Source: a virus
Taxonomy: Duplodnaviria > Caudoviricetes
Strand: one strand, 5' to 3'
IMG/VR virus record: IMGVR_UViG_3300037722_001090
Length of the DNA: 64,000 bases
The notes below the pieces were generated by a model that had not been told where the DNA came from, made no database searches, and worked only from the letters and a program-made list of their open reading frames with translations. Made by a program: the position numbers and the translations under genes. Position 1 is the first letter of the stretch; every line of letters begins with the position of its first letter. Below are positions 1-8,653 of the stretch, in pieces.

Positions 1-2
1 TC

Positions 3-3000
3 GGATTAGTAGATCACGCATTAGGTGCTGCAACTATGTCTCCAACTGGTCGTGGACCATTTACTGAGATTCCAATTAAGGCATTTGAAGCTGCGTCATT
101 AGCTTATACAAAACTATCCGATATAACAGGACTAACTGACTGGGCTAAATGGCAAGATAGAGTAGCTCCTGGATCTACAGGCATTGGTATTATGGCTCCT
201 GCAGCAACAGCTACCGGTCTTTACTTTATGGGTGAAAAAATGTATCAGCATGGACCTGACTTTATCGGAGGTACAATAGATAAAGCTGGCAGGAAAATGC
301 TACAGCATCCACTTATGAGGGCTGCAGCTAGGCCTGAAGCGTACAAGGGCGCTTTAGCCCGAGGACCAGTTGAAAATCTATTGTCTTATGTTATTAAGAA
401 TCCAAAGAAAGGAATCTTTGGGTTAGCAATGCTACCATCAATTCCATTTCTACCCGGGTTCTTTGGTTCAGATAAGAACTATGCTGAGAAGAAAGCTGAA
501 TATAAAGGAGAGAAAGAAGTTGCTATTCGTAAATATCGAGGATGGTTACTATCATCTTCTCCTTTTGAGGGCGGAAGAGTAAGATCATGGCGTAGACATT
601 CACTAAATCTTATCGAAAGTGATTTTGAAAACAGAGGCGTTGTCTATCCTTCATTCACAGATCGCTTTATGCATAATGCATCTCTTGGTATGTATAAACC
701 TAATATACTAGAAGACTACCACGGAGATGCACAGCCCGTATATAAATCCTCTCCTTGGGGAACAAACGTACCTCTTGTTGGTCCAATTATAGCAGGAACA
801 ATTGGCAAGCTAATTGGAACCAAAACATATCACACACCAGGAGAGTATGCACCAAGAGAAGTTCAGGAGTATGCTGGTGACGGAGCAAACCATGATCAGG
901 AATCTGGTCTATCTAGAAGTGTAGAGATGGGTACAGTCAAGAAGTTATTTGGTGATGATCAGAATAAAACTGGATACATGATAGGACTACAGGATCCATC
1001 GTCACTTAATTCTTTAGCTTCTAGGTTTGCAGACAGCTTAGGAGACCTATCTGGTTTCCGTGGATTCTCACTACAAACAACGTATGAAAAAATGGCAGGC
1101 AAGAACCTACCAGATAAATATACACCATATGCACAAGATAGTAGCCAAATGTATAGTCCAGCTGAACAGATGTGGCAATACAATCTTGGTGATATTACTG
1201 TAGTCGGTGGCGAGTTTATGCGTCGTATATTACAGAACTCAGAGAAAAAATGGGAAGTTAACGATATTCCCAATGAGTTATTTGGTGTTAGCTGGATTCC
1301 TCAAGCCGATGACCAAAGAGGTACAACTAAAGACTTAACTCACGGGACTACCTTTAATAAAGTAGATATGGGTTGGCTATATGGATCTAGAAAAGGATGG
1401 GAATTCTTATATCCAGGAGAAGCAAAAGGAGACATGGAATCCTATAGTGCTCCTCTTAAAACAGAGATTCTTCAGCAACTAGCTCCTTATTCAGCTAAAT
1501 TTAATGAAGCAGCTAAAGAGACATACGGTCAAGCTATAGGGGGTCAGTTAAGTCCAAAGCAAGAACAAAGATTCTATGAAACACTAGATCAAGTATCACA
1601 AGTAAAACAACAACTATATGCTACAGCTGGTGAGTATTCATTTGCACTTGATACAGAAGCAGAATCTGGTATTGTAGATACTGTACAAGATGATGGTTCT
1701 TTTAGTATGAAAGGTAAAAACTATAGGCTTGCAGGTGTATCTTTACATGAGGCAGATATAAGAGCTAGGCTTTTACAAAAGAACGAGTATAATAGTGCAC
1801 AGGCGCTTGCAGATGATGTAGCATCAATCAGAGAAAGAACTGCTCAAATCATAAGTAAACACTTAGGTCCGGGCAGAGAGGTTAGTTTTAATAAGGCCAC
1901 AGCTACTATGTTACCTTCCGAGACAGAGTCTGGTATAGAAGTTCAAATAGATAGCCTTACAGAGGAACTGTGGAGCGCTGGTGCACCTTTTGCGAACACT
2001 GGCAACCTTGCTTCCCATAATATAGCACAAGACAGAGATGGTATTATGAGCAGGGTATCGGCTGCATATTGGGATGGGCTTACTGCTACTAACTCTTATT
2101 GGAATAAAAAGCTAATATCTAAACGTGACTACTTAGATAATTATACAACTAATCAGGTATATAATAGAGAAGTTAAACTTTGGACTAGACCTATAGAACA
2201 TATTGTTAAGCCATTTCTAGCATCTACAGTTCATAATCTTACAGGCATAGATTTCATACCATCATTCACTAAAGAAAGAAGAGCTAATCAGCAATACTGG
2301 GATGTAGTAAAGTATATAAAATATAAAATGTTATCTGGCAGAGCTAAAGATGAAGGTGACATGGAATCGGCTGCTTTCTTTGAGTCTCAATGGAGAAGCA
2401 CAATGATTGGTGCTGACCCTACAGATAGTAGTATGAAAGACGTACTTAATGCTCTTCCTGTAAATGAAAGACAATATTTTAATAACTTTGCTAATGAACC
2501 GGATCCAGAAAAAAGAAAAGAGATCTTTGGGTATTTACCAGAACAAGCAAAGAGACTTTACTCTAGTATATGGATGAGGAAAGCTGCAGCTGCATCTAAT
2601 GACCAGCAACTACTTGCAAACTGGAGTAAGCTTCAAGAATCTGAAGGATGGGATTTATCTGAAGACGAAGAAGCTGAGTATGCTAATGAAACAGGTGGAC
2701 GTGCCTCTAAGGCTGATTGGGCTAGAGCTAAGTATGTTCAGTCATATGCACAGAAAAGAAACCTTCCTGGAGCAGAATGGTCTGGATGGAATGAGAGCGT
2801 TGACATAAATAACGTTCAATTATTAGCATTACAAGAAGATGGAGAGAACGTACAAGATTACGGATTCTTCGATAGTAATATAAGACAAGCAATTTATGAT
2901 GATTACGCATATGCCGCCGCTACAAGCTACGAATCAATGTCTGTATCAGCTAATGTAATTATGGGCGATATAACACCGATGCTAATGGAAGACTCTGTTA

Positions 3001-3143
3001 TGTCTGCATATGCGACACCGACGTCATCTATGTCACCAATTAGAGAAGTAAATATAGAAACTAATGGCTTTGCAAGAATACTTGATAAGTTAAACAATTT
3101 TGGAAGTGAAATACTAGATGATTATTTTACGGACCCTTACTAA
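3..3143 (+). CDS. Large virion protein in tape-measure position, 5'-truncated by window edge; contains a degenerate SNase-like OB-fold
   Basis: Frame is open from position 3 (GLVDHALGAATM) to TAA 3143; Gly/Ala-rich hydrophobic helices; segment GIVDTVQDDGSF...YRLAGVSLHE...LTEELWSAGA resembles the thermonuclease fold; precedes the hub and baseplate genes. Confidence 0.6.
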   Translation, partial: GLVDHALGAATMSPTGRGPFTEIPIKAFEAASLAYTKLSDITGLTDWAKWQDRVAPGSTGIGIMAPAATATGLYFMGEKMYQHGPDFIGGTIDKAGRKMLQHPLMRAAARPEAYKGALARGPVENLLSYVIKNPKKGIFGLAMLPSIPFLPGFFGSDKNYAEKKAEYKGEKEVAIRKYRGWLLSSSPFEGGRVRSWRRHSLNLIESDFENRGVVYPSFTDRFMHNASLGMYKPNILEDYHGDAQPVYKSSPWGTNVPLVGPIIAGTIGKLIGTKTYHTPGEYAPREVQEYAGDGANHDQESGLSRSVEMGTVKKLFGDDQNKTGYMIGLQDPSSLNSLASRFADSLGDLSGFRGFSLQTTYEKMAGKNLPDKYTPYAQDSSQMYSPAEQMWQYNLGDITVVGGEFMRRILQNSEKKWEVNDIPNELFGVSWIPQADDQRGTTKDLTHGTTFNKVDMGWLYGSRKGWEFLYPGEAKGDMESYSAPLKTEILQQLAPYSAKFNEAAKETYGQAIGGQLSPKQEQRFYETLDQVSQVKQQLYATAGEYSFALDTEAESGIVDTVQDDGSFSMKGKNYRLAGVSLHEADIRARLLQKNEYNSAQALADDVASIRERTAQIISKHLGPGREVSFNKATATMLPSETESGIEVQIDSLTEELWSAGAPFANTGNLASHNIAQDRDGIMSRVSAAYWDGLTATNSYWNKKLISKRDYLDNYTTNQVYNREVKLWTRPIEHIVKPFLASTVHNLTGIDFIPSFTKERRANQQYWDVVKYIKYKMLSGRAKDEGDMESAAFFESQWRSTMIGADPTDSSMKDVLNALPVNERQYFNNFANEPDPEKRKEIFGYLPEQAKRLYSSIWMRKAAAASNDQQLLANWSKLQESEGWDLSEDEEAEYANETGGRASKADWARAKYVQSYAQKRNLPGAEWSGWNESVDINNVQLLALQEDGENVQDYGFFDSNIRQAIYDDYAYAAATSYESMSVSANVIMGDITPMLMEDSVMSAYATPTSSMSPIREVNIETNGFARILDKLNNFGSEILDDYFTDPY

Positions 3144-3156
3144 ACGGAGTTAACAA

Positions 3157-6100
3157 ATGGCAAACAATCCATACTATGAAGAAAATAGCGGCTTTGGTAG
3201 TGTATTAAAAGGTGCATCTTTTGCTGGCGCAGCTGGTGCATCTTATATGGCATATAAGAACCCTGAAGCTACTACCCGTGTATTTAATCGTGTAGTTAAT
3301 TCTGTTGCACCACTAAAAGCACCTGAGCTTAATCCATATCAAAGCAACATAGTTAGTGCTAGAGAGGCAATCTTCAGTACTATGGAAGCCAGAAATATAC
3401 GTAGAGTAGCTTTAGATAAAGATATGCAAGCAAGAGCTTTACAGACAATCGGTAATGTAAATAACTGGGGTACTGTAAGTGCTGTAGGTGCTGGTATAAA
3501 AGGTGGCAAATCTGATTCATTTAAAAGCCTAACTGATATTCTAGACATAGAAGGTAATGAAATAGGGACAAAAATACATAACGCACTAGAGAAGAGATTT
3601 AATTCTAAAATCGATGCTCCTAAATTTAGTGGAACAAGAGGAACCTGGAAGATAGCAGGAGAAGATTTGTCTATTGATTTCTCTAAAAAAGGACTAGATT
3701 CAGGACTAGGAAATTCATGGTTCAAGCGCGTTGGAGAGTCTTATTATGCTTCACCTTATCAGTCTAAAATGGCTAATCGTGGCGGAGGGAAGCTTGGATA
3801 TGATGTAATGAGTCCAAATGAATTTGTATTAAATGTGCTACAAGAAGAAAATGCTGGGAGTGGAAGACTGGCATATGTAGAGAGTCCTACTAAGTTTAGG
3901 AACGCATATGAAAAGGTAATAGGAGAGAAAGTTACTGGACTAAGTGGACATGACGATGCTGTTAAGTATGCTGTTCAGCAAGTACGTAAAGAAATAGAGT
4001 TAGGATCTAATGCTAGTGTTAGCAATGTAAGAACTATGCAAAAGGCTTTAAAGAAAGTATTTAATACAGATACTATGTTTGTAGAAACTGACCCAGTAAA
4101 GCTTGGCTTATTTGGCAGTGAAGTTCGCGTAGAAGAATATTCTAGATATATACTTGGTAATACAGAACCTGAATTTAAAGGTGTAGGTTCAAACCGCGTA
4201 GGCAGAAACATGAATAGTCTTACAGGAGGAAGCGTAAACATAGAAGGTAATGCACTTAAAGTAGCATATAATATTCCTCATGATGCAAGAACTGATAGTT
4301 CTTTAATTAGGATTGTTAATGGTAGTGGCGCTACGTTGAAAAGTAAAAATGCTACATTTATGCAAAAAATGATGTCTCTGTTTGGTGGATATAGGCTTGG
4401 ACAAGATCCTTCATCTGAATTTGCATGGGCTGTTAGACCTACTGTTCTTCCTGTTATTGCGGAAGGAGATAAGTCTATGAAGGGTGCTTTATGGGCAGAT
4501 GATAATACCGTTATTAGAAAAAATGGCACTCAGGGTATTTCTATGGGAAAGGAATATTTCAGAGGAACAGGAACAAAAAGAATTGAAGCACACAGACTTG
4601 AAACATTAAGGCATATGTCTTTTATTGACGACACTAAGATTACTGAAGCTGCTGCTTCAAGCTCAGATTATGTAAAGGGTAAAATATATTCTCAGCAAAA
4701 TAAAGGCATTTATAATATGACAATGGCTCTTAACCCGTTTTCTGAAGAGTCTATTCAAGTAAGTTCAGGTATGAGTAAGCATATGAAAGTTCTTATTCCA
4801 AAAACAGCTACTGTGGACACAATTGCACTTAAAGGAGAAGAATCGTATAGGAGGTCGCTACTTACACTAATGGATGCAAACGGTGTATTAGATAAGGAAT
4901 CATTTACTATAAAAGAAATAATGGAAAGTAAAGCTTTATCAGAAAGAGTTAGTACTGGTCAATCCAAAATTAAGATAGGAAGAGGGACATATCTAGGCAG
5001 AAAGAACATAGGTATGGAAATATCTAATGCTGAAGACTTTTACTCTACATTTGAAAGAGACGGAGAGATTATTAAAGCAAAAGTAGATATGTATATAGAC
5101 AGTACAGACTTTAATCAAATGGTCGAATCAAATCAAAGAATGATGGGTGAAGGACATAAGCATGCAGGAGGAGTTAAATATATAGCTAAGGCCATGGATG
5201 ACCCTGCTAAAGTTGCACTTACTGGTATAAGAGCCCGTGGAGCTTATGCAGTTGGCGATGACGGATTACTTAATAGTTTATATGCAAGTGCAGGACTAGG
5301 TAATAAGCAAGAAGCTACTATTTCTCTTGGTATGTTTAAAAAAACATTCCCTAAGATTTCTAATAACAGCCTTCTTCTTGGTAAAGATTCACCTGAACTA
5401 TTACACTTTACACAATCTGCACTTGGATGGCAATCCTTACAAAGTAGCATGGATATAACATTAAGTAAAAATGCCGCTGATCATTTTGTCGGTAAATACG
5501 TAAATGATGCATCAAAAGTATTAGGCAATCAAGATTATTATACTGGAAGAGGTGCATCTAAAAAGTTTAGCTTTAGTAAGGCTATGCGAGATGGAGCAAT
5601 ATCTTTTACTCAAAGAACAGAATCAGATGCTGCATTTGCACAGCAATATCAAGACACTGTACAGGTGCTTGGTACTGCGCGAAGAGAATGGGGTAATAAT
5701 CGTAAAGTTGCACACATAGAAAGCTTCTCTACGACTAATGCTAAAGATGCTGCTAAAGTTATAGATAATCAAATTGAAGCAATAGACAATATGGGCAAGC
5801 TTGCAAAAGGTGAATATGCTGTAAGGCTATTTAATAAACAGGTAGATGCAAAAGAGCTTGGAGAACAAGCCTTAGTTAGGACAAGAGTATCACAAGGTAG
5901 TAGTGCTGGTCTTGGATCGACAAAAGCACTCACAATGGGTATTCTTGGAGGACTTCAACCTCAGGAACAAAACTGGCTAGCTCTTGGTGGTGAATTTAAT
6001 AAGATGCGTATTTCATGGAGAGATATGTATCACTTTACAGACAAGGCAGATATACTAAGAGATATTTCAGTTAGAAGCTTAACAGATGCAGATACTAGCG

Positions 6101-8646
6101 CAACTATGATTAAGCTAATGAGTGACTCTGCTGTAGGGCATAATGTTACTTCTGCTGTTAATGCATTTGAGAAGAAATATGGTAAAATTCCAAAACTAAA
6201 AAAGACAGAAGAGATTTTGGAAATGATAGGTGGTGATGCCGCTATGGTTCCAGGTGCTATTAGAGATCCTGAATTCTTAGCAACAAAAAGCTTCTTAGGT
6301 AATAAAAAGAATGAGTTCGGTTTTATGGTCGAAATGGGTGAGCGTAATGTTTATATTCCAGGTAGAGATGTTTGGAAAGGATATGCAACTGATGAGGGGA
6401 TGGCTACATTTGATTCTTTATTTGCAGAAACTCATAACTTACTTTTGAATAAAGCTCTAGGATCGAACATACATCAAGATAGAGATGAGTACCAAAATTG
6501 GGTTAAAAGAATAATCAATGAAACAGGAAGCTCAAAAGAAGGACTACAAAGAACAATTTCATTATCTATTGACCATGCAGTTGCTGCAAAACATATAGAA
6601 GATCCATCGTTTATTCATAATAAAATTATGATTGGTGCTATGGAGAGCTGGAAAGGTAATGCAGACAAGAAGTTAATTCCTGGATATGTAGCAAAAGCAG
6701 AAGCTCTAGAAAATACATTTGGTAATATAGCTAAAATCGGAGAAAAAGATTTTAGTTCAAGTATTAAACAGCTTATAACTGACACTAAGACAATAGCTAG
6801 TAGCCCTGGAAGCAGACAGACAATGCAAGAGGTTCTTACCTCACAATATGGTGAAGATCATTTTCTACAAAAGTATGCAAATAGGATGAGTGCAAACATG
6901 GACAAGGAAGGTGTAGCCAGTCTTGTTAAGGATATTACAACGGATCATGTTGCTAGTAGTAAGCTACTTATGAGCAAAATAAAAGAATATGCATCAACAG
7001 GGAATGAGTCTTTATTTGGAGAGATAGACACGCTTGTAGGAGGTGCACATAAGATTTTTGCCGTTAGACATCCTACACTTTATACTGGATCTTATTCAGG
7101 ATTAATAGCTCTTATTGATAGTCAAATTGAAGGAACACAAAAAATAGCAATAGCACACAGAGCTAGTAAAAATATGGCGTCGGACTGGGACGGAGATACA
7201 ATTAACTATGTTGACCTTAGATCTAAACTGGGAAGACAAAAAGCATTGAATCTTATTAATACGGATCAGAAAATTGCATATGGTGTAATGAGTTCTAAAG
7301 TGCAAGACAGAATGACTGGAATTTTAACTGGCAAAGGAACTAATGCTCCATCCGAGGCCCTTGCTTTTTTTAACTCACTAGACTCCCCTGCAGCACTAAA
7401 TACAGTAGCTAAAAATATTTTACATGATGCTCCTGGCTCAACAGCTATTTCATCGTATTTTACTAAAGCAATGACCGGTCAATTTAATATCTCTGCAATG
7501 GAAACAAAAAACTATATAAGAGATTTATCTGATAGTAAAAACTTATCACAAGAGCATATGAAAGAGCTAGGTCACTACTTTGGAGTAATGGCATCTAAGA
7601 ACTCTGAGCAGGAAGTAATCTCAGCTAAGCATGCAGAGACATGGCTTAAGAATATGAACAAAAGTGAAAGTAAGATGAACTATCTTACTAATTTAATAGG
7701 CGCTCAATCTGGACAAGAACAAATAGCGGAGTCTATTAGAGAGCTTGGATCAGTACATCCTATTGCTCAGATGGCAGCAATGAACGCCAAAGGTAAAGAT
7801 AATGAGAAGTTTGCTGGTATGGTTTCTGACTTTATGGATTTTAAGGTAGGATGGAAACAGCTTGAGCAGCCAAGATTCGAAACTATGTGGGAAGGACTAG
7901 GTCTTGAAAAATCTCATGGAGTTAATACCTCAGCAGCTTGGGACATGTACGACTCTTGGTTAAAAGAAGGTGAACATATTTTTGGTAATAAAATGGAATC
8001 TTCTGTTGCCGCTGGTATATCAGAACTCAGCTATTTAGAAGTTACTAAGCAGGCAATGTTTGATAAGAGATCTTCTGCAAGTGAAAGTATAGAGGCCATG
8101 TTTAGCCGTGCATTAGAGTTTATGAAAATGAGCGATAATGATAGGGCTGGAGATGCTGCAATGGGCGTATTAGATAAGCTCGGATATAGGAAAACAGCAC
8201 TACAGATGCTCACTTTACATGAGCAACAATCAAATATGGCACAAGCAACTCGCAAGATAGCTGGCTTTGATACAGTATCTAAAGCAGCACAGTGGATGGT
8301 AGAAAAACCTGTTAGATTAGCTGGAGCTGTAGGTATTGGCTTATTAGGCATGACTGCAATTAACCTACTAAGCGGAGATGGTGGCCTTGAAGATCCAAAT
8401 GATTTACCTAGTGTTAGTAATCCGGCATTTACAGGCGGTGGTGGAAATGGTATGATGAATACACATGGAGTCCAGCCACACGTAGGCGTAAACGCTAATG
8501 TAAACTTATTAACAGACAGTAACGATAATCCACAAAGTGCACTTAGTTACATTTCTAATATGTTTGGCTATAGTCAGGGCAGCGTTGTATCTGTTATGCA
8601 TGATGGTGAAAACCCATACAAAAAAGATATGATGTATTATAATTGA
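3157..8646 (+). CDS. Putative virion-packaged single-chain two-barrel (DPBB) DNA-dependent RNA polymerase, 1829 aa
   Basis: Beta'-like signature AVRHPTLY (7066)...IEG...AIAH...NMASDWDGD (7183-7197) followed by TINYVDLRSKLGRQKALNLI; upstream KEGLQR (6535) switch-2-like motif; candidate beta-barrel lysines GHKHAGGVKY (5158, 5176); GGAG RBS. Confidence 0.8.
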   Translation: MANNPYYEENSGFGSVLKGASFAGAAGASYMAYKNPEATTRVFNRVVNSVAPLKAPELNPYQSNIVSAREAIFSTMEARNIRRVALDKDMQARALQTIGNVNNWGTVSAVGAGIKGGKSDSFKSLTDILDIEGNEIGTKIHNALEKRFNSKIDAPKFSGTRGTWKIAGEDLSIDFSKKGLDSGLGNSWFKRVGESYYASPYQSKMANRGGGKLGYDVMSPNEFVLNVLQEENAGSGRLAYVESPTKFRNAYEKVIGEKVTGLSGHDDAVKYAVQQVRKEIELGSNASVSNVRTMQKALKKVFNTDTMFVETDPVKLGLFGSEVRVEEYSRYILGNTEPEFKGVGSNRVGRNMNSLTGGSVNIEGNALKVAYNIPHDARTDSSLIRIVNGSGATLKSKNATFMQKMMSLFGGYRLGQDPSSEFAWAVRPTVLPVIAEGDKSMKGALWADDNTVIRKNGTQGISMGKEYFRGTGTKRIEAHRLETLRHMSFIDDTKITEAAASSSDYVKGKIYSQQNKGIYNMTMALNPFSEESIQVSSGMSKHMKVLIPKTATVDTIALKGEESYRRSLLTLMDANGVLDKESFTIKEIMESKALSERVSTGQSKIKIGRGTYLGRKNIGMEISNAEDFYSTFERDGEIIKAKVDMYIDSTDFNQMVESNQRMMGEGHKHAGGVKYIAKAMDDPAKVALTGIRARGAYAVGDDGLLNSLYASAGLGNKQEATISLGMFKKTFPKISNNSLLLGKDSPELLHFTQSALGWQSLQSSMDITLSKNAADHFVGKYVNDASKVLGNQDYYTGRGASKKFSFSKAMRDGAISFTQRTESDAAFAQQYQDTVQVLGTARREWGNNRKVAHIESFSTTNAKDAAKVIDNQIEAIDNMGKLAKGEYAVRLFNKQVDAKELGEQALVRTRVSQGSSAGLGSTKALTMGILGGLQPQEQNWLALGGEFNKMRISWRDMYHFTDKADILRDISVRSLTDADTSATMIKLMSDSAVGHNVTSAVNAFEKKYGKIPKLKKTEEILEMIGGDAAMVPGAIRDPEFLATKSFLGNKKNEFGFMVEMGERNVYIPGRDVWKGYATDEGMATFDSLFAETHNLLLNKALGSNIHQDRDEYQNWVKRIINETGSSKEGLQRTISLSIDHAVAAKHIEDPSFIHNKIMIGAMESWKGNADKKLIPGYVAKAEALENTFGNIAKIGEKDFSSSIKQLITDTKTIASSPGSRQTMQEVLTSQYGEDHFLQKYANRMSANMDKEGVASLVKDITTDHVASSKLLMSKIKEYASTGNESLFGEIDTLVGGAHKIFAVRHPTLYTGSYSGLIALIDSQIEGTQKIAIAHRASKNMASDWDGDTINYVDLRSKLGRQKALNLINTDQKIAYGVMSSKVQDRMTGILTGKGTNAPSEALAFFNSLDSPAALNTVAKNILHDAPGSTAISSYFTKAMTGQFNISAMETKNYIRDLSDSKNLSQEHMKELGHYFGVMASKNSEQEVISAKHAETWLKNMNKSESKMNYLTNLIGAQSGQEQIAESIRELGSVHPIAQMAAMNAKGKDNEKFAGMVSDFMDFKVGWKQLEQPRFETMWEGLGLEKSHGVNTSAAWDMYDSWLKEGEHIFGNKMESSVAAGISELSYLEVTKQAMFDKRSSASESIEAMFSRALEFMKMSDNDRAGDAAMGVLDKLGYRKTALQMLTLHEQQSNMAQATRKIAGFDTVSKAAQWMVEKPVRLAGAVGIGLLGMTAINLLSGDGGLEDPNDLPSVSNPAFTGGGGNGMMNTHGVQPHVGVNANVNLLTDSNDNPQSALSYISNMFGYSQGSVVSVMHDGENPYKKDMMYYN

Positions 8647-8653
8647 GGTAGAT

